Source: Haliotis rubra (taxonomy: Eukaryota). From it: a stretch of DNA of 55,376 nt. The DNA lies in NCBI RefSeq assembly GCF_003918875.1, contig NW_025767222.1, positions 372,001-427,376 on the forward strand, read 5' to 3'. Positions 39,131 through 51,203 of the stretch are shown piece by piece. Made by a program: the position numbers and the translations under genes. How positions within the stretch are numbered: the first letter of the stretch is position 1; every line of letters begins with the position of its first letter. Below the pieces are notes generated by a model. The model saw only the letters and a list, made by a program, of their open reading frames with translations, was not told the DNA's origin and did no database searches.

Positions 39131-39306
39131 CGAAGGTGTTCCATGTTGGTAACGTCAGTGACGTTGGTGGAGGACGTCTGGGGAGGACGTGGGAGAACGG
39201 CGTTGCGGCAACGATCGAAGGGACATGTCTGCAGGTGTTCCAAGACAGCAGCGACACTGACGTGGAGTGCACGGATGTACAGCCCTACATATGTGAAATA
39301 CCTTAG
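39131..39306 (+). CDS. C-type lectin-like gene exon 3 (CTLD C-half)
   Basis: tgcag|..FHVG...TWENG...GTCLQV...TDVECTDVQPYICEIP*, the CTLD terminal C-x7-C (YICE). Confidence 0.75.
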
Positions 39307-39354
39307 GTTGTTGTTGAACATTATCACCATTCCGTGATGTTCCAGGTTAGAAAC

Positions 39355-39505
39355 AAGAAACGCAATTGGGATACGATGACATGTGTCAACCAAGTCAGGG
39401 AGTCTGACCATCCGATCCCGTGAGTCGCCTCTTACGACAAGCACGGGTTGCTGAAGATCAAACCCGTGAAGGTCCGGGTTAGAATATTGATCTCCAGTAA
39501 CCCAC
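39355..39505. mobile_element. Two SINE family A fragments back-to-back in opposite orientation
   Basis: gtcgcctcttacgacaagcacggg (minus) followed by acccgtgaaggtccgggttagaat (plus). Confidence 0.75.
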
Positions 39506-40371
39506 GTCGTCCCTCTAAAAACTGTGTCAAAAGCTTATTTCTCTGTGAAATGTGTTAAATTCTCGGCAGTTTCTTAATTTATTGTCAATCTTCTTAAGAA
39601 TGTGCTTAACATTAATATTTATTAAATCTAAATTGTTAATGTTACAAACATCCCTGAAAAAAAATATAACACCAATCCTGTTATTCTATGTATCGGATTC
39701 ATTAAAGCATAGTCACTCAAGCATAGTGGGCTAGTTCATTACAGTTGATGGGTGACCCAGGTTAAACTTCAAAACCACTAAACCATAAAGTTGTTTTGAT
39801 AGACTGTAATCAAAATGAACTGTAGGCACAGTTGGGAACATTCCGATCTATCCGGAAATAACCAACCTCTCTACGCTGGAGGCGACAGTGTCATACACAT
39901 TAACCACCGACTATCACCGTGAAGTACGAACAGTAGTCAGTGAATATACCGTCCACTGGGAACATTAGCTTGATCATATTTATTTATTGTATGGTCGCAA
40001 AGTGTCAGAGGAAAGTAACGGATGCATTTATCATTTAGTACGAACCACCTGTTCACATCACTGAAACGACGGGACCATTAACATCCGTGTCTATAGAGAC
40101 AATATATCAATTATGTACAATGTCATGTAACTCATTGTGTGTTGTCGTCAGCGTGTGAATCACATTCACCGCTTTGAGTCACTTTCAGCACTCACGGATC
40201 AACCAACAAGCACCTGACCAGGTCAACCCACTCATTGTGGTCACAGAATGGTCAGTAAACAGTATGATTACTGTCGGACAATATAAAAGGATGTTCACAA
40301 CCAACAACCATTAGATACTGACATGTGACAATATTAGCTGCTTCTGTGCACCACCCGCTGTTGTTACCACT

Positions 40372-41826
40372 ATGACTGGTCTACCAATACTCTTGGCTCT
40401 ACTTGTAATGGAAAAGACTTTGATGCTCAGTCCGGCTGCACAGTCAACTGAGTCTGTGGAAGATGCAGGAAACATAACCGCTGGCGTTCTTGCCGAAACG
40501 ACGAAATCCACTCTTCGCGAGGGAATAATATCCGGAACAGGACCTTTGAATAAGGTCAGTGACACAAAACGTCACAGATGGAACTGCCGGAATCACGATC
40601 ATTCTCCAGGACATGTGCCGGAAACGTCACAGATGGTACAGGGGCGTCAAAGGATAGGGAATCTGCCGGAAATGCAGGACATTCTACAGAATCTGCCGGA
40701 ACTCCTACACAAAGGATAGGGCATTCTACAGAATCTGCCGGAAATCCTACAGGAATCGTAGAAAGATTTAACACGGAACATCCGGAAGACTCATTCATAT
40801 TGATGACTGAATCCCTGTTAGTGGCGGCCATTACGCCTCCCCACCTTATCCATGAAACTGTCACGTCCATGGTTAATATTGGTCATCCTCCAGAACCTTT
40901 CCAACTGCCGACTCCGTTTGATAGATCTGCAAACATCTTCCCGGAGTTCCCGTCTCAGATCGTAGCCACGGAGTCCGAGTACTGTGGAAAGACGTGTGAA
41001 TTTGACTATCAACATACACGTTTCTTTGAGCGCGGAAACTGTGAGATATGTCGATGTGATGAAGAATGTTTTCTGTATGATGACTGTTGTCCCGATTACT
41101 TTATTCTCAGGAATCAGACCTCTGTAGCTGCTCCATATAGCTGTGAAAATACAAGTCCAGACATTGAGAAAACAGATTCAAGTTGGTACTACATGATCAG
41201 ATCGTGCACAGTCACCTCCAGTCCAGGTCTTGTACAGGAGTGCCTCGATCGACACTCTAAAGACTGGGAGCATCAGGTTCCAGTTGAAGACGCAAAGACT
41301 GGACATTTCTATAGGAACAAATTCTGCGCACTGTGCAACAATGTGATAGTTTTTAATAACTGGGAGACGCAATTAATATGCAAATCATATCCAAGCAGTT
41401 TAAAGGAAGCCAGGTCTTCAGAAGAAATTTACAACTCTGCTCTAGAGGATTCTTCTTGTTATATCAAATTTCTACCTTCGGATCCAACTTCTTTGAGAAA
41501 ATGTACCTATCGTGAGGAAAGTGTCATATCGTCATGTAACGTTACAGGGAAATGGGTGTTCTACGACCAAAGGGTGGTGGAAGCCTGCGAGAGGTTTTCT
41601 CACATTGTGCATGGGAAATACAGAAATGTATTCTGTTATGTGCAACAACAACTACGGCTGGCAGTTCATCCTTAGAGAGAATGGGTTTAACCGTATCGTT
41701 GTCGACGCCATTTCCCTGACCACACTGCTGAACTTTGAGAGTCACGATGCCGTTCCAAGAACGCAGCGTGTTGAAGAGCTAACGAATGGTCATTGCAGGC
41801 GTGATCAGGTCCTGGACCACTTTATT
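40372..41826 (+). CDS. Ectodomain exon A of an SMB-like, GAIN-less class-B GPCR (signal peptide, Thr/Ser stalk, SMB-like and Cys-rich repeats); two frameshifts as assembled
   Basis: MTGLPILLALLVMEK signal; CEICRCDEECFLYDDCCPDY SMB-like module; YRNKFCALCN and YRNVFCY repeats; ends TTT ATT|gtaagt in phase 0; TATAAAA at 40282. Frame changes at ~40560 and ~41640. Confidence 0.75.
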
Positions 41827-41932
41827 GTAAGTATAGCTTTCCATACATGCATAATAAATACACGGTGGCCATGAGTGAGAGAGTGATAAGTGAAGAGTGA
41901 GTTAAATGCAACATGTGTTTTATTTGGGATCA

Positions 41933-42130
41933 TACTTCAGTAACCCATGCTTGTCGTAAGAGGGGACTAACGGGATCGGGTGCCCAGGCTTGCTGACTTG
42001 GTTGACACATGTCATCGTATTCCATTTGCGTAGATCGATGTCATGCTGTTGATCACTGGATATTCTGGTCCAGATTGGATTATGAAGAGACCACCGCCAT
42101 ATAGCTGAGTGTGGCGTTAAACAACAAACT
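41933..42130 (+). mobile_element. SINE family A
   Basis: cttcagtaacccatgcttgtcgtaagaggggactaacgggatcggg...; AAAC-type tail. Confidence 0.85.
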
Positions 42131-42199
42131 ATATGATTGGAACAAGGACGGTTATCTAAACATACCACGTGATAAGTATGGTCAGTCCCTGTTCTCTGG

Positions 42200-44080
42200 A
42201 CATATACTCTCTCTCCAAAACGAAACGCAGAGGTGATATTGATTTATGAAATAAATTTTAGATAAATTTTAAAATTTCTGTTTGTTATAATTTTGCCATT
42301 ATAATGCTGGTTTGTGTTTATGGAACGAATGCACAGCGCAAAAACGAATTTTCGGAAACTTTAATGCATGTTTACGTTCGAAAGTGTCAACTTGCATGAA
42401 AATGTTATGGAGAAAAAGTTATGGATATGCACGTGCAGTTCTGAGGTAGCGTGCACAGGGGCATTGCCTATACAAGGCCGTTTTGCTTTAGACAGTAATT
42501 TTCATTTTTACGCTAAATAAAAGAATTTCGTTATTGCGCGACTTACTGCTGTAAATGGAAACATTGCCACTGGAAGTCTTGAGGCTGGGTTGTCACAGTC
42601 GGCCGTTTCTGCAACTGTAAGTGCAGTGCCTATTCTGGGGAGAGTGTAGGCGCAAACCATTCGTGATCGTTTACGAGAAGCTGGACTCAGCGCCAGATTT
42701 TGGTCTCGCTCTGCACTGGTGCAATAACGTTCGATTCTGGAATCTGGAGAAATGGCCAACGTGTATGGTTCATTGAAGAATATCATACTCGCAGAAATAT
42801 AACTTTGTGTGCCTTCATGGCAATTTAACTGCTATTTGGCACAGAGACGAAATCTCCAGGATTCACTTGATTTCGATCAATGACCGCCAGAGGGAGTTGT
42901 TCCAGCAAGAAAAAGCAGGCATCACACAGCACTATTCAGTATCTTCAGAATGAGAACATTGAAGTACTTCCGTGGCCTTCCAAATCGTCCTTTCTCAACC
43001 CCATCGAGCATTTGTGGGATCACCTCGACTGACGCGTACGTGAGTTGGCCAGAATTCCATAAGATCGAATTCAAAGACTTATTCAGTCCATGTCGAGACC
43101 AGTGGCGGATCCAGAGGTGTGCGTACGTGCGTGCGTGCGTGTGTGTCCATTCTAAGGAATCGATTTCAGACTGGCAGTTTGACCACTCGGACCATTCCTG
43201 GCTTACGTCCAATACAGTTCCAGGACTGTATGGAACCGACTGAGGGAGCACAACATCTGGCCCTGACGGCATGCGATACGTCCTTTATTGCTCCAACGTC
43301 ACCGAGAGGCACGTCTTGCCTGGTGCAGACAGCATCTACGGTACAAGATTGGGATGGTATTGGGATTGAGACAAGATTGGGATGGTATTTTGTTCACTCA
43401 TGAGTTGATTTTGTTCACTGACGAGTTGACAGCTCTCATGGAAGGGCAAGTGTGTACAGACGGAGTTGTTCAACGTCTACAGTTTGGTGGCGTAGGCGTT
43501 ATTGTATGGAGACACATCACATCTCACAGTCTCATGGACACAACTTGTCATTGTCATTGGCAATCTGACAGGTTCGCAGTACAGGGATGAGATTATTGAG
43601 CCTCATGTGCAGCCGTTCATTCAAGACGTAACTTCACGCTTTAACAAGATAATGCCCGTGCACATGTCGCTTGTGTTGTGACAGATTTCCTGAGACAGCA
43701 GAACATTCCTGTACTGTATTGGCGTTAGCTGAGTTGGGACAGACGTTGGTGCAGGCATGGAACAAAATTCTCCAAGCTTTCTTTAATCGCTGAGCATCAT
43801 CTATGCGTCGTCGTTGTCAAGTCTTTATCAACACCAATGGTGGACACACACGATACTGAATTTGTGAACTGACCTTTGCCACCACATCTCTTCAAGGGCG
43901 TCTTACGAGTGTCAAATCATACAGATTTCGGTATTATTCTGTCAACAGTTAAACAGTGATTAAGGAAAACACCACAAATGGTGTTATCTTTTTGCATTAA
44001 AAATGACACAACATCAAATAATGCAGAGTTATTCCAGAAGTATATGTTATCTCATTTTAAAATATTTGAATTCGTGAAAA
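42200..44080 (+). mobile_element. Degenerate Tc1/mariner transposon relics (probably two)
   Basis: Fragments VLPWPSKS..LNPIEHLWDHL (~42960-43030), HREARLAWCRQHL, FGGVGVIVW and QDNARAHVA..VTDFLRQQNI (~43640-43710); many stops. Confidence 0.8.
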
Positions 44081-46750
44081 TACACCTATACGATTCATTT
44101 TCTGGTGAGAATAATATGTTTTTACCTTTACTTTCAAACAAAACAATGTTTTTCTAGAAATTTTATTTTAATTCCTTTACACAATTCCCTTCGATCAATC
44201 ACGGCACCAAAACAGTATTTAATTGCATAATATTATTTTATGAAAGTTGTTGTCTGTCCCGGGAGTATTGAGAGCGACAAATGACTCAATATGTATCAAA
44301 TTTGCAACAACACGGGAACATTAATTTCGCGTACAGTCGCCAAAGTGTACATTTATCAAACTTTTGTTGTGGTGCTATTCATTTGTGCTCTGTTTATATT
44401 CCTAACGTATGTATAGTTTCACTTTAATTGGTTGCGAGTTCCTGTGCTAACTCAAACATAGGGACATCTGCTGTATTGTAGAGAGTAATTGTTAGAATAC
44501 ATTTGTGATGAATAGGGTTTACTTATATAGGTATGACATAAGCTCGGTGTTATTATTGCATATGACATCGACAAAAACATTTCCATAATCATTAAAACAT
44601 CTGATAAATGCAATGTCGATTGATAGATTACAACTATATAGTGAACATGTGTGTGGCTCAATACCGCGAAAAGGTGAGCATATCCTGACGGTATCCTGAC
44701 CCATCGTAGCAAACTGAAACAAACACAGGCAAAGGCAGGGAAATCATCTGACAAGACCCAGGAGTATGGTCCAAGTCGAAATAGTAACTTGCATCATATT
44801 TCTCACTGGTGTGTCAAACTTGGAACGTCTTCCGCTGTCTGTCTACTATCACACTTTATGAGCGCTTTTCAGGGTCTTGGATGTTGCAACGAAGAAATTC
44901 AGTTGACTATTCATCCGAAACTGGGGCTGGCTAAAAAGATCGATAATCGGAAATATCGTCGATACGAAAAAATATTCTTGATTATCGATATGAAAATGGT
45001 GTCATCGATAACATCGTACACAAACGTTTGTGATGGGATAAGGTTTTAATTGACTCACACAATACACTAAGTTAGGTTTTTAATCAAGAGCTGCATTTTA
45101 ATTATGGTCAGGACGCTGTTGAGTTAGTAGCGGTGGGAATATGTGGTGGGAAATATATTAATTTCATTGACTTTTTTTGCAATTTTACTCCAAGTTACTT
45201 CTCTGATAATTATCGACAATCAATCGATAAATAGTTAACGGTTATTGATCTCTATGATATATTTCGATATCTCAAACTGTCCTGTTTAACCTTGCACACT
45301 GATTCATCTATTCCTTACTCTAGAAGAAGACACAAAGACACGAACCCTGAAAAAGAGGCTGTTCATGCAGCTATAGTACCAACAAATAGATTCTACGTAA
45401 ATAGGTGACATGAATAAATATATCTATGATTAATATAAGAAATATACATGATCGATTATTTGATTCTGTCATTTTAACGGGGTTCAACTTGAACCCATAC
45501 ATGATGTTAGCCCGAAGCTACGTTGTTACCCGCTATGCAGGAGAAAAACAATATCTTTATAAAACAAATCATATGTTATATATATGTATATTATAATATA
45601 TAAATTGCCCCAAGATATTTCCTGTGAAAAGGCTGCACCCACTTCATGCATAGCTGTGTTTACTTTGTCCTCAGGCATAAACCGGCACATTAAGTCCTGC
45701 CTGAGGTAGTATACATCATATCTAGGATAAAACAGCACCAACAAAGATTGTTTAGCGTCTATCTAATAAAAGATGAAATGTAAATATAGAAACCCCCCCA
45801 CACACACCCCGCCCCCAAAGAAAAAATGAAAATAAAAAATAAATAAGTAAATAATATGAATTTAAAAAAAATAAAAATAATAATAAATAAAATGAAATAA
45901 AGAAAATATTAAAAGTGGAGAAAAAAAGAGACAAAAAGAGGGTAAAGTGAAAAAAGAAAGAATAAAAGAACAACAAAAACTAATGCCAAACACCTGGCTC
46001 TACATTGCGCCGTCCTGACTGACTATATATTGTTTCAAGCCGCCTTTAGCAATAGTCCAGCAATTCATGACGAGAGACGTGAGTCAGGAGGAACCCATGT
46101 GGGTAATTTGTGTCACAGTCCCTGAACCATGTCAATTCCCTTTCAACCAACCCTTTTTATATAACGAAGCCCTACATGAGACAGATCTATATTTTACAGT
46201 CAAACCTCCATCTCATTTGGGCTCTTTTTCAGTTTAAATGCAATTCTGTTGTTTCTGTCAAAATTACATCGTTTCAAAGACTAAATGTTGCCCGGTCCGT
46301 TTGGCGTAACGAGCGTGATTTTAACCTTCACCGCTCCCTATCGCCCATTGCAGTGCCATGGATAAAAGATTTATTGCACGTAATATAACAAACAGTTAAC
46401 CATTAGTCATTCCCGAAATGTCAAACAATTAACAATTAGCAATTTCCGATATGTACACAGCTTGGCGAAATTGTACATCCGTAGCACTCAGTTATTGCAC
46501 ACGAATGAATCGAATATTTATAATTGAGTTCGTGCGTCAATAAGCAGGGAGTGCTTCTGCCGAAGGGTTGATTGTATCGCTATTCCCGTAGCGTGTGGTG
46601 AAAAACCCGGCTATACAAGTGAGTCAGTTGTTGAAGGTGCAAATAGGTCCCTACATTGTATCGGGTGTTGGAGTGTGAGACTGGCTATCACACATTGTAA
46701 AACAACAAGTCACTGAGATACATGCTTCTGAAGAACTGTTGTAGTCCATT

Positions 46751-46863
46751 GGTCAGTCCTCGTGGTCAGTGCCCGAGGTCAGTGCTCGTAGTCAGTCCTC
46801 GTGGTCAGTGCTCGAGGTCAGTGCTCGTGGTCAGTGCTCGAGGTCAGTGCTCGTGGTCAGTGG
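46751..46863 (+). repeat. 13-bp tandem repeat x~8.5 directly upstream of the exon B ATG
   Basis: Unit GGTCAGTGCTCG(T/A). Confidence 0.92.
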
Positions 46864-46870
46864 TGGAATC

Positions 46871-48179
46871 ATGCTGCTGGTCTGGACTCTCTTTGTACTG
46901 TTGGTGTGGGACAAGAGCCTTCGTTGTTCAACTTCAGCACAGTTGACTCAGCCCGTCAAGGATGAGATAACAACAACTAATAAACCAGGATTTAGTTTCA
47001 AATATCCTACACAACCAAAAGTGACGATGACAAGGGTAACAGCGAGCAATTTAGATGGCGATGAAACCTCAGATGTTACACCAGACACTACGCCCGTCAT
47101 TGCCCCAGGCTTTATACCCCGTTCTGATATTGGAACGTCACAACAGACAAACTCGGGAACAACGTCAACTATGGCCAACAAGCAGCAAGAACCATCTACC
47201 GTAACTGCTACATTTCATTTTATCCTAACTGCACCACCGCCTATGACGCCTCAAGTCAGAAAGCTAAACGCCTTTGACATAGCTTCCAACTATTTTCGTG
47301 AGTTTCCGTCCCAGGTCGTAGCTTCGGAATCTGAGTACTGTGGGCAGACGTGTAACTTTACGTATCCACAAATACGTACTTCAGTGCGCTTAACCTGTGA
47401 CAAATGTCGATGTGACGAAGAATGTGTTCTGTATGATGACTGTTGTCCCGATTACTTGATTCTCAGGAATCAGACCTCTGTGGCTGCTCCATATAGCTGT
47501 GAAAATACAAGTCCAGACATGGACATATTCGCGACGAATTGGTATTACATGATCAGATCGTGCACAGTCACCTCCACTCCAGGTCTTGTACAGGAGTGCC
47601 TCGATCGACACTCTAAAGACTGGGAGCATCAGGTTCCAGTTGAAGACGCAAAGACTGGACATCTGTACAGGAACAAATTCTGCGCACTGTGCAACAATGT
47701 GACAGTTTTTAATAACTGGGACGTTAAATTGAAATGCGATATATATCCGAGCATTTTAAAGGAAGCTAAATCATCAGAAGACATTTACAACATTGCTGTA
47801 GAATCTAGTGCGTGTGATGTCAAGTTTTTACCTACAGGTGGAAGCGTTTTAAGAAGTTGTAACTATCGTGAGGAAAGTTTCATATCCTCATGCAACGTCA
47901 CAGGACAATGGGAGGTTTATGACAGAAGAGTAGTGGAAGCCTGCGAGAGATTCACCCATGTTGTCGCCGGAAAGTACCGCAATGTGTTTTGTTACGTTTG
48001 CAATACACATGAGGACTGGTGTGAAATCCTGCATAAAAGGGTTGCTGCCCTGGGTTGTTGACGGTGTGGGGCTTACCTCACTGTTGGACTTCGGGGATCA
48101 TGCAGTTAAACAGCCGATGGGCATTGTCGAGCTGAAGATAGATGTGTGTGGAAGGAATCAGTTTTATGACAATGTTATT
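46871..48179 (+). CDS. Ectodomain exon B of the SMB-like class-B GPCR; one frameshift at ~48015-48055 as assembled
   Basis: MLLVWTLFVLLVWDKSLRC signal; Thr-rich stalk; CDKCRCDEECVLYDDCCPDY; YRNKFCALCN and YRNVFCYVCN; ends GTT ATT|gtaagt in phase 0. Confidence 0.82.
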
Positions 48180-48726
48180 GTAAGTACATGGCGTTTGAAT
48201 ACTTACATATGTAACAATGCACCTAAGTAATCAGTTGTACATTATGTCTTATATACCAATGCTCACGGGATTTACTGCTCCGTGTTCAACTTGGGAACAG
48301 GTGTCTGACCCACAAACGTCTTAAGAAACATACATGGGTTATCTATAAACTTACCACAAAACTGAATGTTACTTTTGAATATTTTGAATTTTTTTTTATT
48401 TTACTAAACATTTGACTGACATGTCAGTTCCTAATTATCAGCATTTTCAAATATCTCAATGTTTTTATTGTCAGATATCTCAAAGTATTCAATCTGTTAA
48501 TGTGTTCTACTTTGTGAGAGTCACTGTCTCTGCAACGGAATTGTGCATTTAATTCTCCTGTTGGCTAAACCCGAAACCCTACTCTTGATAATTTTAACAA
48601 TGAAAGAATAGTTTAAATCTTGTACAATGTACTACCTTTAGACTGGCTTCTGTTCTTCTGAACTCAGCGTCAAACTAAGCATACCAAGCATACTACTTGT
48701 ATACTGATTTCTTCCACGTACCATGA

Positions 48727-49285
48727 GGTGCGGTGGGGTAGCCTAGTGGTTAAAGCGTTTCTCGTCACACCGAAGAATAGAGGAATGATTTCAACTTTCC
48801 AGTAGTCAACTTCTCTTTCATGCAATATTCCAACAGCCCCAGCCTTTGGTGTTTACATTTCACAACTTTTTAGGTACAACCAACGTGCTTTTTATCAGGA
48901 TTTCAAAGAGCGTCATACCATTCTTGCCAAGAAGTTGTTTGAACAAGGTTACAACATTCAAGGCATCAGCAAAGCTTTCAATATGTTTTATGGCAGACAT
49001 GCGGAGGAACTTTCCAAACTTGATGCTTCGGTGACAAAATGATGTCCGATGAAATTCTTATTTTGACTTATACCATACCTTCCCGAATTACTTCCCGGCT
49101 AGACTAGCATATTTGTATGAGGAATGCTATCGGTGGGGCATGATACGCTCACCTTTTCGCGAACAACTGGTATCTTCACTATATCATAAACACATCCCCT
49201 GTCGTCGTATCGCATGTTGACAATTACTGGATTGTCTGCTCCAGACTCGATTGTTTTACACACAACATCGTGTAGCTGTAACACT
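48727..49285 (+). mobile_element. Composite: SINE-B tRNA head, Penelope-like RT C-terminal fragment, and SINE-A 3' piece
   Basis: ggtggggtagcctagtggttaaagcg head, then RNDFNFPVVNFSF..NIPTAPAFGVYISQL (PLE-type RT end), then actggattgtctgctccagactcgatt. Confidence 0.6.
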
Positions 49286-49699
49286 GCAGAAACAATTATA
49301 TACTCATGATATAGTCACAATTATACAATCGACTTTGCTTTAAGGAGAAATTTCTTATGGATGAGGAAACCTTTTGGCAGTTTCTATTATAATAATCAAC
49401 AGAGAAATTCTAAAATATTCTACAATATATAGTTTTCAGAAAAATGCCTGTAATAATATTATCCGGGAATGATAATGCCATGCATTAAGAAGTTACCATT
49501 TCGTAAATATATTCAATTGATGTCATTTGATCTCATTGATTGGATCAATATATATATATAACGTTTGTTCGCAATATTTTGAATTCTACGTGTTTCCGTT
49601 TAATTTGTCCCTATTGGGCGTTATTATAGAGACAGTAAGAAGTTTCCGGCTAAATTGTTTATCTCGGACGCTGGAGACAACAGCTGAGCTTTTTCTAAT

Positions 49700-50600
49700 A
49701 ATGCTTCTTGCAACGCCCAGAAAACGATTTTAGATTCATCGTTAATAAGACTCAAAGTGCCCTACTGTCCATCACTTAATGAACAATTAGACTCATCATA
49801 TGGCCTGAATCGGAATCTATTTTAAAGCCAGTTCCGGATTCGACGAGACAAGATGAAACCTCCAATGTCAGCTTGGTTCATTCTATAACAGTCTTCCTGA
49901 AGGGCAGCTCCAAGTTCGCTGACAGTGGTCTGTGATTGTTAAGGGTGACATACGCACTGTCCAAGTATATCCCAGCTATGTAACATGAGTGACAAGTCTG
50001 TACTAGAGGCACTCAGTAGGAATACCAGCTCTTGCCTTGTTCTCCTGCAACAACATGCGACGTCCATGTCAACGTCCAAAAGCCACCACATGTGCCCCCA
50101 GGAAGTCAAAGAGACGTGCCCAATGAGACGTGCGTGAATAACATGTAAAGGTGTTCTGCTAGTCACTGTGATACCACCCACACCATTACCGAGTCACCTG
50201 ATCGTTTGGTCTGACGTTAACGACATCATTCCATCTACGATAATCTCTTGTCAAGGAAGTCCAAAGTAAACCAGAATCCAAAGTTCCATCTGTAGACATT
50301 ATGGGCATCCTTTGTCCATTCATTCCATCACCTGTAGATATGTGAAAACTCATCTCCAATTTGAGAGGCACCAGTTTCCGCCCTTGGTCGACCAGGTCGA
50401 CATTTGTCACCAACGTTATTTGTGTATCGATATCCTGACTGTGAAACGATAAGAGCTCATGTCACACTGGTCTTTCTTGTTCCGACTTCTTGCTCAATAA
50501 AAAGAAGTGAATGGAATAATAATTATAATTTCTGAATCCATATACGGTTATACATGTTTCCCAAATAATATTGCCCCAAACTGGAATATCTCCTACTCTT
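49700..50600 (-). mobile_element. Degenerate Tc1/mariner relic
   Basis: Minus-strand fragments GGITVTSRTPLHVI, LQENKAR and HSWDILGQ resemble the Tc1 DDE region. Confidence 0.65.
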
Positions 50601-51203
50601 TTGAATAGTAAAAAAACCTTTTTAAGTTTTACATTTAAAAAATATTACCTTAAATTTCTTTGTAAGTGAAATAACAGGGTATGTTTGGTTGCAGGTATAT
50701 ATATTTTTTTATTCAAAAGTCTAAAGCATAATGTTTTTGGAATCATTTCCTTTCTTCTATAGAATCCAACGTTGAAGAATATATACTCTCCCCAAAATGA
50801 AACGCATATAGAAATTTCAACTGTATTTTTATGTTTATTTTGAAACATCTTGTAGGCTTTAGGAGTCAATGAAATATAGCGAAATTGCAAAAAGGGACGC
50901 ATTTTCGAATATCTGCTGAAAATGTAACAATGAAATTAAATACAACCATTTGAGAAAAAAAGCTTGTGAAAGAAATTTTTGTCGACGTTCAAAATGTTTG
51001 TTAAAACCACCATTCTAGTTGTTTACTGTCCTTCGTTGACAGGCTTTTAATAAGTACATCATATATAATTATATGCATATTACGGTGAATTTAAAACTTG
51101 TTTTAGTCACGACAAGGCTGAAATATTGCCGATGTGAATGTAAATCTTAACTCACTCACTCCGAATGCAAGCAATGAATAATATAATGTCTTCTATTTCA
51201 CAG

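Noticed and set aside
38902-39444. 180-aa minus-strand ORF
   Set aside because: It is stitched from SINE fragments at both ends and the antisense of the lectin exon.
45752-45976. Phe/Leu-rich membrane-like ORF
   Set aside because: Translation of an A-rich low-complexity tract.
46769-46870. N-terminal extension MPEVSARSQSS... of the 430-aa ORF
   Set aside because: It is a translation of the 13-bp tandem repeat from a GTG. The signal peptide begins at ATG 46871.
51165-51203. ORF-track start MQAMNN... making the 7TM a standalone single-exon gene
   Set aside because: There is no signal peptide, and a strong acceptor at 51203 is in phase with the upstream ectodomain donors.
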